Below are positions 37,309 through 46,216 of a stretch of DNA of 64,000 nt, in pieces. The notes under the pieces are model-generated. The model made no database searches and was not told the origin of the DNA. It saw nothing but the letters and a program-made list of their open reading frames with translations. Positions within the stretch are counted from its first letter, which is position 1. Each line of letters starts with the position of its first letter. Made by a program: the position numbers and the translations under genes. Source of the DNA: Patescibacteria group bacterium (GTDB taxonomy: Bacteria > Patescibacteriota > UBA1384 > JACPKC01); contig JBMNRW010000003.1 of the NCBI GenBank assembly GCA_050944875.1, positions 32,260 through 96,259 on the forward strand, read 5' to 3'.

Positions 37309-38739
37309 ATGCGTCAGCTCCTCTCGTACCCGATCAGCCGCATTGTCCTGGCGTTCGTCGCTGGCGTGGCTGCGGTCGCGCTCGTCGCGGTCGCCGGGCT
37401 CGAGGGCACCCTCGTCTTCATCGGTGCCTTCGTCGCGGTACTCCTGGGTGCGCAGATTCTCCGAACGCCGGCGCTCGGCGTGACGTTTATCCTCTTCTTC
37501 CTGCCCTTCGAGCGTCTCCCGAGCATCGACATCGCCGGTATCACTGTCCGGCCGAACTTCTTCTTTGGCGCGGTGACGCTGCTCGCGTTCGCGATTGCCT
37601 GGGTACGATCCCGGCGCCCGCTTGCCCCGAATCCGATCCGTTTGCCGTTCTACAGCTTCCTGGCCATTGCGTTCCTCTCGGCGACGCAGGCGGTCGAGGA
37701 GCGGCGAGCCATCCTCACGTTGGCGTTCATCCTCTTCACCGCGAGCTTCGAGTTTCTCGTCGTGAACGCAATTCAGACGGCGTCAGCGCTCCGGCGGGCG
37801 ATCGTCGTCCTCTGGTGGTCGGCGTTCATCGTCGGCATCTTCGGTATCTACCAATTCCTCGGCGATATCGTCGGTCTGCCGCCGGCGCTGACTGGCCTCC
37901 GCGACCTCTACACGAAGGAGGTGTTCGGCTTCCCGCGAGTCCAGGCGTTCTCGATTGAGCCGCTGTACCTTGGGAACTACCTCCTCTTGCCGCTCTCGCT
38001 CCTCGGGGCGTCGCTCCTCGGCCGGGTGCGCGATTTCTCGCGGCCAGCGCTCTGGTTCTTGTTCGGACTGTTGGGCACGATCTTCATCCTTACGCTCTCC
38101 CGTGGAGCGTACCTCGCGGCCGCAGTCGCGGTCCTCGTCCTCGTCACGACGAAGCCGAAGGCGGCGGCTGCGCCGAGAAACCTCCTCGCGGCGCTCCTCA
38201 TCGGGTGCATTGCGCTCGCGGGTGCGGCGGCGTTCGTGAGTCAGGGAGAGGGTGACCCGATCGGTGAGTTCGTCGAGCACGCCAGTCTCGGCGACCTGAA
38301 CGCAGGCGACTCGACGCAAGGGCGAATTGGCACCTACCGGCTTGCCCTCGACGCCTGGGACGGTGCGCGGTTCTTCGGTATTGGGCCAGGGAACTTCGGC
38401 CCCTTCGCGAAGGGCTACCCCGACCCGGCGACGGTTGCTGACTGGCCGATCGTGAACAACGAGTACCTCGAGCTTCTCGCTGAGACCGGCGCGCTCGGCC
38501 TCGGCGCGATTCTCGTCTTGTACGCAGTCGTCCTCCTGCGTTCACTCAAGGCGTACCAGGCGACAGAGGATGAGCTCGTCCGCGCTGCGCTCCTCGGTGG
38601 CGTCGCGGCGTTCCTCGGGACGCTCGTGCAGTACAACTTCTTCTCCTCGCTCTACATCATCCACATCTGGGTGCTCATCGGGTTTCTCGTCGCGGCGCAG
38701 AACGTTGCATTCGGCCTCGGCAGTGCGGAGGAGCGATGA
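37309..38739 (+). CDS. O-antigen ligase/Wzy_C-family protein 1
   Basis: Multi-TM, EPLYLGNYL, LTLSRGAY, FGIGPGNF, NNEYLELLAETGALG. Confidence 0.85.
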   Translation: MRQLLSYPISRIVLAFVAGVAAVALVAVAGLEGTLVFIGAFVAVLLGAQILRTPALGVTFILFFLPFERLPSIDIAGITVRPNFFFGAVTLLAFAIAWVRSRRPLAPNPIRLPFYSFLAIAFLSATQAVEERRAILTLAFILFTASFEFLVVNAIQTASALRRAIVVLWWSAFIVGIFGIYQFLGDIVGLPPALTGLRDLYTKEVFGFPRVQAFSIEPLYLGNYLLLPLSLLGASLLGRVRDFSRPALWFLFGLLGTIFILTLSRGAYLAAAVAVLVLVTTKPKAAAAPRNLLAALLIGCIALAGAAAFVSQGEGDPIGEFVEHASLGDLNAGDSTQGRIGTYRLALDAWDGARFFGIGPGNFGPFAKGYPDPATVADWPIVNNEYLELLAETGALGLGAILVLYAVVLLRSLKAYQATEDELVRAALLGGVAAFLGTLVQYNFFSSLYIIHIWVLIGFLVAAQNVAFGLGSAEER

Positions 38740-39953
38740 CGACGGTGCTCGCACTGCTCTTCGCAACGCTGCCGCTCTACCTTGTTCGCTTCGATATCGC
38801 TGGCATTCCGACAACGATCTTCGAGCTTGCGCTCTACGGAGCGAGTATTGCCGGGCTCTGGGTGGCTGTTCGGAGTGAAGCCGTGCGTGCGCGTCTCGCC
38901 GCGCGTCGTGCGTGGTTCGTGCCGGCTGCGCTCCTCGTCCTCGGCGCAACGGTGAGCTTGGGCTTTGTCGTCGACCTTCGGACGGCGCTCGGCGTCTGGA
39001 AGGGGTTTATCGTCGACCCGATCCTCCTCTACGCGCTCACCCTGGCCTTCGCCGTCGATGAGCGGTCTCTCCGACAGATCGTCGGCGGGTACCTCCTGGG
39101 CGCACTCGGTGTGGCGCTCTGGGGCATTGCCGAGGCTATTGTTGGTCCAGGGGCGCGGGCGATCGGTCCGTACGCCGTTGACGGCGACGCGTCGCCGAAC
39201 TACCTCGCGTTCGCGCTGGCCCCGGCTGTGCCGCTCGCGCTGTGGCTCGCCCGTGCGCAGCGCTCGTGGTGGCTCGCGCTCCTCGCCGCCCTCCTCGGTC
39301 TTGCTGTCGTCCTCTCGGCGTCGCGGGCTGGTATCGCTGGAATGGCCCTTGGCGTCGTCGTCGGCCTTGTCATCGCAACCCCTGGGCTCTGGCGGCGTAC
39401 GGTGGTCCGGCGCGCCACAGTCCTCGGACTCCTCCTCGCCCTTAGCGTGAGTTGGTTTGTCGTTCGGCCCGACTTCACGCGCTCAGCTGCTGAGGGCGGG
39501 CGGACGGTGACGAGCAACAACGTCCGCTGGCAGCTCTGGGGCGCAACCAGCGAGCTCGTCGCGGCGCACCCGCTCCGCGGCACCGGCCTCGGACAGTTCC
39601 AGGCGGCGTTCACTACCCGGACTGCCGACCGCGTGAACTTCCCCGAGTACATCGCACCGCTCGCGCGCACGCCACACAACCTCTTCGTGACGCTCTGGCT
39701 CGAGACGACGGTGCTCGGCCTCCTCGCTGGCTTTGCCGCACTCGTCATCGCGCTCCGACCGCTCTTTGTCGCACTTCGGGGTCGCGCCGCACCCGTTGCC
39801 GAGACCGCGTTCTTGGCAGCGTGGACGACGCTCCTCGTCCAGGGGCTCCTGGACGCGCCGATCTGGAAGAACGATACGATGGCGCTCTTCTGGCTCCTCG
39901 TTGCTGCGTCGGCACTCCTGGCGGGTGGCGCGAAGACGCAGGTGGTACGGTGA
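38736..39953 (+). CDS. O-antigen ligase/Wzy_C-family protein 2
   Basis: SPNYLA, SASRAG, RWQLW, PLRGTGLGQF, PHNLFVTLWLE. Confidence 0.85.
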   Translation: MTTVLALLFATLPLYLVRFDIAGIPTTIFELALYGASIAGLWVAVRSEAVRARLAARRAWFVPAALLVLGATVSLGFVVDLRTALGVWKGFIVDPILLYALTLAFAVDERSLRQIVGGYLLGALGVALWGIAEAIVGPGARAIGPYAVDGDASPNYLAFALAPAVPLALWLARAQRSWWLALLAALLGLAVVLSASRAGIAGMALGVVVGLVIATPGLWRRTVVRRATVLGLLLALSVSWFVVRPDFTRSAAEGGRTVTSNNVRWQLWGATSELVAAHPLRGTGLGQFQAAFTTRTADRVNFPEYIAPLARTPHNLFVTLWLETTVLGLLAGFAALVIALRPLFVALRGRAAPVAETAFLAAWTTLLVQGLLDAPIWKNDTMALFWLLVAASALLAGGAKTQVVR

Positions 39954-41404
39954 CGACGACGCGCGCGATCGCCTCGAACACTATCGTCCAGGCGGTCGGC
40001 AAAGCGCTGACCGTCGGCCTCTCGCTCGCGCTTATCGCTATCCTCGGGCGTCTCCTCGGCATCGAGGGCTTAGGCGCGTACACGACGGCGCTCGCGTTCC
40101 TGTCGCTCGTTGCCATCTTCGCGGACTTCGGGTTCTTCACCATCCTCGTGCGCGAGCTCTCGCTCCCGAGCCGAGACCAGGCGCATGCGCTCGGGAACGT
40201 GCTCACCCTTCGCTTCCTCCTTGCGCTCGGGGTGTACGCGGCCGGCTACGGCGCGAGCTTCGCGTTCAACTACCCGCCGCTCGTCCTGCTCGGCATCGCA
40301 ATCCTCCTCTTGGGGCAGTTCGCGCAGACAATGCAGAACACGCTCATCGCCGTCCTACAGGCGCGCCTCCAGATGCGGCTCGCTGTTATCGCGGACGTGG
40401 TGAGCCGAGGACTCCTCGTGGCTCTTGTCGCCTGGATCGCGGCTCGGGGCGGAGGACTCGTCGAGGTCTTCTGGATAACGACGGTCGCCTACGTCGTCGG
40501 GTTGCTCATCACGTTCGTCCTGACGAACCGGCTCATCCCGGTCCGGCTCCGGGTCGACCTCGCGTACTGGCGGTATCTCGTCGTCGAGACGCTTCCGCTC
40601 GGCGTGAGCGCGATCCTCTCGTACCTCTACTTCAAGATCGACACGCTCATGCTCTCGGTCTTGAAGGGCGTCGTCGAAGTGGGGATCTACGGCGTGCCGT
40701 TCCGCATCCTCGAGGTCTTAATTGCCCTGCCTGGGTTCTTCGTGAACTCCGTGTTCCCTGTGCTCACGAACCTCTACGAGCGTGGAGATGAGAAGTGGAA
40801 GGTCGCGTTCCAGCAGAGTTTCGACTTCTTGGCGCTGCTCGCGTTCCCCGTGGTTGTCGGCGGGCTCGTGCTCGCCGAGCCGCTCGTCGGGATCGCCGGC
40901 CCGGAGTTCCTCGACGCATACACGGTGACGGTCGCCGGGGTGCCAGTGACGCCGGTCCGCATTCTCCAGGTGCTCATTGTAGGCGTCGGCTTCTCGTACC
41001 TCTCGTTCGCGTTCAGCGCACTCATCCTCGCAGCGGGCAAGCAGCGTTGGCTCGTCGTGCCGAACATCGGCTACGCGGCCTTCAATATCGGTTTAAACCT
41101 CCTCCTCATCCCACGGTGGAGCTACGCGGCGGCTGCCGGGGTGACCGTTGCGACCGAGTTCCTCATCCTCCTGGTCTCGGTGCTGCTCGCGCGGCGGCTC
41201 CTCACGTTCCCGCTCCGCCTCGCGAGTGCCGGCAAGGCGTTCGCCGTAAGTCTTGTCATGGGGAGTGTCCTCCTCGCCGTGCCCGGGGCTTCGCTCTGGC
41301 TTGAGCTCCCGCTCGGCGTGCTGACGTACGGCGTGGGCGGATGGCTCATTGGCGTACTGGATCCGGACGTGCTCCAGGCGCTCGTCCGACGGAAGGAGTT
41401 GTAG
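39950..41404 (+). CDS. Wzx/MOP-family polysaccharide flippase 2
   Basis: GTGA overlap start; paralog of flippase 1 (YFKIDTLML, VGIYGVPF, LNLLLIP). Confidence 0.9.
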   Translation: MTTTRAIASNTIVQAVGKALTVGLSLALIAILGRLLGIEGLGAYTTALAFLSLVAIFADFGFFTILVRELSLPSRDQAHALGNVLTLRFLLALGVYAAGYGASFAFNYPPLVLLGIAILLLGQFAQTMQNTLIAVLQARLQMRLAVIADVVSRGLLVALVAWIAARGGGLVEVFWITTVAYVVGLLITFVLTNRLIPVRLRVDLAYWRYLVVETLPLGVSAILSYLYFKIDTLMLSVLKGVVEVGIYGVPFRILEVLIALPGFFVNSVFPVLTNLYERGDEKWKVAFQQSFDFLALLAFPVVVGGLVLAEPLVGIAGPEFLDAYTVTVAGVPVTPVRILQVLIVGVGFSYLSFAFSALILAAGKQRWLVVPNIGYAAFNIGLNLLLIPRWSYAAAAGVTVATEFLILLVSVLLARRLLTFPLRLASAGKAFAVSLVMGSVLLAVPGASLWLELPLGVLTYGVGGWLIGVLDPDVLQALVRRKEL

Positions 41405-41405
41405 T

Positions 41406-42494
41406 ATGCGCATCGCGATTGACGCCCGGGAGCTCGCGAACCCGCATGACGGGAAGAGTCGGTACGTGTACGAGCTCGTCCACGCGCTCTTAGGTATCGA
41501 CCAGGAGAACGAGTACGTGCTCTACGTCTGGGCGAAGCCGAAGGGGACGTACCCGGAGACGGTGACGTTCGTCGAGCTGCCGAAGCTACCGGGACTCCGG
41601 TTCCTCTGGGTGGCGTGGGATCTCTGGCGCCGCCGAGCTGACGTATTCGTCTCGCCGACCGGCTACCACCCGGTCATCTTCTCGCCGGTGCCGAGCGTCC
41701 TCGTCGTCCACGACCTCGCCGTCCTCGTCGAGCCGCGCGCCCGACCGGCGTGGAAGACCCGCCTCATGGAGCAGCTCGGTCTCCCGGTCGGTCTGCGCCG
41801 CGCCCATCACATTATTACGGTGAGCGAGTCGACGAAGCGTGATGTCCTCCGACTCTTCCCGTTTACCCGAGGCCGCGTTACTGCGATCCCGCTCGCGCCG
41901 TTCCCGCTCCCGGAGCACGCGCGGAGCATTGAAGCGGTGCGTGCACGCCACAAGCTCCCAGCGTCGTACGTCCTCTTCGTCGGCACGCTTGAACCGCGGA
42001 AGAACGTCGACGGCCTCATCGTCGCATACCTCGAGCTCCCGGCAGAGCTCCGGGCAAAGTACCCGCTCGTCCTGGGCGGCCGACGCGGCTGGAACACCGA
42101 GGGGATTGTTGCTGCACTCGACCGCGCCGACGAGACGGTTCGCGAGCTCGGCCCGATCGACGGGGCCGACTTGCCAGGACTCTTCGGCGGCGCAACAGTG
42201 TTCGCATACCCGAGTTGGTACGAGGGCTTCGGCTTGCCGGCAATCGAGGCGATGCGCGCTGGCGTACCGGTTGTCACGTCGGCCACGTCATCACTCCCAG
42301 AAGTCGTCGGCGATGCCGCGCTAACCGTGGATCCGGGGGATACGACCGCACTGACGGCCGCACTGCAGACGCTCCTCGAGCGTCCCGCACTCCGCACGCA
42401 ACTCGCAGCAGCGGGCAAGCGCCAGGCCGAGACCTTCTCGTGGCAGCAGACCGCTGAGGTGACGCTCGCCGTGCTCCGGCGCGTCGCACGCTGA
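41406..42494 (+). CDS. GT4-family glycosyltransferase 2
   Basis: MRIAIDAR, GTLEPRKN, YPSWYEGFGLPAIEAM, FSWQQTA. Confidence 0.93.
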   Translation: MRIAIDARELANPHDGKSRYVYELVHALLGIDQENEYVLYVWAKPKGTYPETVTFVELPKLPGLRFLWVAWDLWRRRADVFVSPTGYHPVIFSPVPSVLVVHDLAVLVEPRARPAWKTRLMEQLGLPVGLRRAHHIITVSESTKRDVLRLFPFTRGRVTAIPLAPFPLPEHARSIEAVRARHKLPASYVLFVGTLEPRKNVDGLIVAYLELPAELRAKYPLVLGGRRGWNTEGIVAALDRADETVRELGPIDGADLPGLFGGATVFAYPSWYEGFGLPAIEAMRAGVPVVTSATSSLPEVVGDAALTVDPGDTTALTAALQTLLERPALRTQLAAAGKRQAETFSWQQTAEVTLAVLRRVAR

Positions 42495-42513
42495 GCGTGG
42501 TATACTGCGGTTC

Positions 42514-43611
42514 ATGCAACGGCTCCTTCTCGGATTCCTCATTCTTCTCGTCGCGTCGGGTGGCGCGTACGCCTGGTCCGTTTGTCGGTCGGATACGCCG
42601 TCCTCGTCGTCGGTCGCTGGCCGAGATTCGGCTGACGACGCGTTCGCCTGGGGGGTGTACACGAACGCCTACGCGCTGAGCGACCACTACGACGACCCCT
42701 TCCGCCCGGAGGGTGTTGCTGAGCAGGTCGCTGTCTTGAAGCAGCTTGGCGTCCGGTACGTGCGGACGAGCTACGAGTGGACGCTGCCGGAAGGCGAGCT
42801 CGATGCGGTGAATGACGCCTGGCTCAATGGCCTCACCGAAGCCGGGTTTAGGCCGCTGCTCGTCCTCGACATCCCACTGAAGACGTACGAGAACGCCTAC
42901 AACCGTGGGTACGCCATCGCGAAGCGGTACCCGGCGATTACGCACTTCCAGCTCCTCAACGAACTGAGCGGTATTGTGAAGCCTGGTCGCTCTGGGCTCG
43001 CTGAGGATGACTACCGCGAAGCGGAGTACCCGCAGCTCCTCGCGGTGGTTCGAGGCTTGAGCGAAGGGATCCACGCCGCCAACCCGAATGCGCAGCGCGT
43101 CGTCAGCGCGAACTGGCTCGGCGTCGGGATTATCGACCGGCTCATCCGTGACGGTGTGGCGTTCGAAATTGTCGGGTGGAACTGGTTCTCCGACATGGGG
43201 GCTGACCCAGCGCACCCGCGGACCGAAGGCGGCGCGGCGATCGACATTCCTGCCCACTTCGTTGCACAGGGGAAGCGGTTCTGGGTCGTCGAAGCGAACC
43301 GGCACGGCGGGAGCGTCGGCGCTCCTGCTGGCGTGGCAGAGCAGGCGACGTACCTCGAGGGCTTCGCGCGGCGGGCGTACGCCAACCCGAACATTTCCGG
43401 GTTCTTCGTCTTCAAGCTGACGAACGGGCAGGATGCGGGCAGTCGGGAGATGGCGTGGGGAATCGTAGACACGAAATCAGTGCCTGACGGCGCCACGCAG
43501 ACCGCTGACGGGCGGACGGTTGGCTTCGGGGAGCTGAAGCCAGCAGGCCGGGCGTACCAGTCGGTCATCGAGCAGACGGCGCGCGGCGGACTCAAGCGAC
43601 CTGCGAAGTAG
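42514..43611 (+). CDS. Secreted clan GH-A-like glycoside hydrolase
   Basis: Signal/anchor peptide; LGVRYVR, QLLNE (acid/base-like), WVVE (nucleophile-like). Confidence 0.65.
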   Translation: MQRLLLGFLILLVASGGAYAWSVCRSDTPSSSSVAGRDSADDAFAWGVYTNAYALSDHYDDPFRPEGVAEQVAVLKQLGVRYVRTSYEWTLPEGELDAVNDAWLNGLTEAGFRPLLVLDIPLKTYENAYNRGYAIAKRYPAITHFQLLNELSGIVKPGRSGLAEDDYREAEYPQLLAVVRGLSEGIHAANPNAQRVVSANWLGVGIIDRLIRDGVAFEIVGWNWFSDMGADPAHPRTEGGAAIDIPAHFVAQGKRFWVVEANRHGGSVGAPAGVAEQATYLEGFARRAYANPNISGFFVFKLTNGQDAGSREMAWGIVDTKSVPDGATQTADGRTVGFGELKPAGRAYQSVIEQTARGGLKRPAK

Positions 43612-43614
43612 CGG

Positions 43615-44073
43615 ATGGGTCTCCTGGCGCTCTACCGGCGTTCTTCCGCTGTGGCTCACCGCGTGCTCCCGCACGTCGGTGCCCGCCAGCTCGTGAAGTA
43701 CGCGCTCGTCGGCGTTCTTGGTCTTGGGTTCGACTGGGGCGCGTTCTACGCCCTCCACTCGCTCGTCGACCCGCTCGGACAGCTCGGCCTCCAGCTCGGG
43801 AAAGCCGTGGCGTTCCTCGTCGCGAGCGCGGGGACGTACTGGGTGAACCGAGTCTGGACGTTCCGGTCGTCGCATCCTGGGGTCGCCGCAGAGGGCGTGC
43901 GCTTCCTCGTGGTGAGCTGCGTCGGGCTCGCGCTCAACAACGCTGCCTTCTACCTGGCGAGCGCCCCGACGACCCTCGCTCTCCCACTTCTCTTCTCGCT
44001 CGTCGTCGCGACGAGCGCGTCGGGGAGCTGGAACTTCCTCGCGCACAAGTTCTGGACCTTCCGGGAAGCCTGA
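43615..44073 (+). CDS. GtrA-family membrane protein
   Basis: QLVKYALVG, NRVWTFR, WNFLAHKFWTF. Confidence 0.88.
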   Translation: MGLLALYRRSSAVAHRVLPHVGARQLVKYALVGVLGLGFDWGAFYALHSLVDPLGQLGLQLGKAVAFLVASAGTYWVNRVWTFRSSHPGVAAEGVRFLVVSCVGLALNNAAFYLASAPTTLALPLLFSLVVATSASGSWNFLAHKFWTFREA

Positions 44074-44110
44074 CATTGTCCCGTCCTGGTTGCTCCCGTA
44101 GAATGACGCC

Positions 44111-45235
44111 ATGAAGCTTCTCTTCGACGCCCGGTTCTGGCGCAAGTCGACCGGTGGGATTGGCCGGTACACCCGCGAGCTCCTGCACGAGCTCCTGAAG
44201 CTCGGGACGGACGACACATTCCACGTACTCTTGACCCCTGCTGATGAGGCGGAATTTGACGTTCGAGACAAACGAGTGACGGCGCACATTGTCCCGATTG
44301 CGCACTACTCGCTCGCCGAGCAGCGGAAGCTCCCTGGCCTTATCCGTACCATCGCGCCCGACCTCACGCACTACCTCAACTTCAACCAGCCGCTCTGGGG
44401 CGGTGGGAAGCGGGTGACAACCATCCACGACCTCACGATCCGGTACTTCCCGACCGGCGCCCAGCAGCGGAGCCTCATTCGCCGGCTCGGTTTCCGCCTC
44501 GCCATGCAGCGGGCGGCGAGCTCCGACGCTGTCGTTGCGATCTCGCGCGCCACGAAGATCGACGTCATCAAAGAGCTCAAGCCCGACCCGGCCAAGGTAC
44601 ACGTCATCTACGAGGGCGCCGACGACCGGTTCACGCCGCGCCCGAAGCTCGAGCTCGATGCGTTCCGGAAACGCGTGGGCCGCGCGAAGCCGTACATCCT
44701 GTTCGTGAACCAGTGGCGGCCGCACAAGGGGCTGCCGGAGCTCGTCGCGGCGTTTGACCTCCTGAAAACGAAGTACCAGCTCCCGCACGAGCTCGTCATT
44801 GCCGGGAAGCCGAACCCGGACTTCCCAGACATTCCCGCTGCGATCGAGGCGAGCGCGCATAGGAGCGAGATCGTGCTCCCGGGCTTTATCACTGACGACG
44901 ACCTGCCGCTCTACTACGCCGCGGCGGAGACGCTCGCGTTCCCGAGCTACTACGAGGGCTTCGGCCTCGGTCTCCTTGAAGCGATGAGCGCCGGGCTGCC
45001 GGTCGTCTGCACGGACACGTCGTCGCTCCCAGAGGTGGCGGGCCGCGCCGGCCACTACGTGAAGGCTGGTGACGTTACCGACTTGGCCCGCGGCTTGAAC
45101 GAGGTACTCACCGATCCGGAGCTCGCCGCCCGACTCTCGAAGGAGAGTCTCGAGCAGGCGAAGCGGTTTTCCTGGGCGAAGATGGCGAAGGAGACGTACG
45201 CGGTCTACCAAAGCGTGCTTGGAGAAAAGAAATAG
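44111..45235 (+). CDS. GT4-family glycosyltransferase 3
   Basis: GGIGRY, TIHDL, PHKG, FPSYYEGFGLGLLEAM, FSWAKMA. Confidence 0.93.
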   Translation: MKLLFDARFWRKSTGGIGRYTRELLHELLKLGTDDTFHVLLTPADEAEFDVRDKRVTAHIVPIAHYSLAEQRKLPGLIRTIAPDLTHYLNFNQPLWGGGKRVTTIHDLTIRYFPTGAQQRSLIRRLGFRLAMQRAASSDAVVAISRATKIDVIKELKPDPAKVHVIYEGADDRFTPRPKLELDAFRKRVGRAKPYILFVNQWRPHKGLPELVAAFDLLKTKYQLPHELVIAGKPNPDFPDIPAAIEASAHRSEIVLPGFITDDDLPLYYAAAETLAFPSYYEGFGLGLLEAMSAGLPVVCTDTSSLPEVAGRAGHYVKAGDVTDLARGLNEVLTDPELAARLSKESLEQAKRFSWAKMAKETYAVYQSVLGEKK

Positions 45236-45278
45236 CCATCAGTGCTACTGACGGCTGAGCTAGGCTTTTCGGACTGCG

Positions 45279-45542
45279 CTAGGAAGCTTCCCGGCCTTGA
45301 GGGAGGCCGAGGATCATTCGGAGCGTACTGTTGTCGATCGTGAGGTCGTGGCCGTGCGTTACCTGCTTTAAGAGGTAGTCGTACGTATCCAGTGCTCGTT
45401 TCACGGTATGGGCGCGACTGCTGCTCTTCGCTTCGGTAGTGATCTTGTCGAGCTGCTCAATTCGGGTCGCAGAAAAGTCGAATTGAACCCGAAATCGACC
45501 AGGCTTAACTTCGTTTTTTGGTTTACGTGCCTGCTTTGCCAC
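45279..45542 (-). CDS. Ribbon-helix-helix-like DNA-binding protein
   Basis: SD GGAGGTG before GTG 45542; RVQFDFS beta-ribbon then two helices (IEQLDKI, SRAHTVKRAL). Confidence 0.6.
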   Translation of the reverse strand: MAKQARKPKNEVKPGRFRVQFDFSATRIEQLDKITTEAKSSSRAHTVKRALDTYDYLLKQVTHGHDLTIDNSTLRMILGLPQGREAS

Positions 45543-45682
45543 GAACGCCACCTCCAAACGCGTTTGTTAATACTATTACAGCGAGTAATAGTTGGAAGAT
45601 CATATACTCTTTCTTATACAATTCAAAAGTACGACAGTTCGCAAGAACGTGGTAAACTTATCGATGTTAAGCAGGAGGGGAG

Positions 45683-46147
45683 ATGCACCACATAGACCGC
45701 GATATGCTCTTGAAGATCGTCGTCATCGTTACGACGGCGGTCGTCTTCGTGTACTTCGGTGCGCTTGGCTACCTGGACTTCATCGCGAACGCACCGACGA
45801 TCGCGACGACAGCGGAAGAGCTCGTGAAACGCGGGAGCTACGACCGGGCGATCCGCACCTACCGCGCCGAGCTCCAGCAGCTGGATGCCCAGACGGTGAA
45901 CACGCTCCTCGGGCTCGCGATCGCGTACGAGCGCAACGAGCAGCTCGCCGAGGCCGAGGCGACGCTTAGGAAGGCGATCACGCGCGACAGCGAGGAGAAG
46001 GATGCGTACGTCCTCCTCGCCAACCTGCTCATCGACCAGGGCCGCATCGCGGACGCCCAGCTTGTCGTCGCAGCGGCTGAGAAAGCTATCCCCAACGACG
46101 CTGACCTGGGGCGGCTCGCCGACGACTTGCGCCAGAGCGCTGAGTAA
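45683..46147 (+). CDS. TPR-containing membrane-anchored protein
   Basis: SD AGGAGGGG, N-terminal TM, TPR repeats. Confidence 0.8.
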   Translation: MHHIDRDMLLKIVVIVTTAVVFVYFGALGYLDFIANAPTIATTAEELVKRGSYDRAIRTYRAELQQLDAQTVNTLLGLAIAYERNEQLAEAEATLRKAITRDSEEKDAYVLLANLLIDQGRIADAQLVVAAAEKAIPNDADLGRLADDLRQSAE

Positions 46148-46216
46148 GGCATTGATGGAGGTAACGAGGGAGGGGGAGACACCCTCTCTTCGTTGTCGCG
46201 AAAAGGAGCGGAACCC

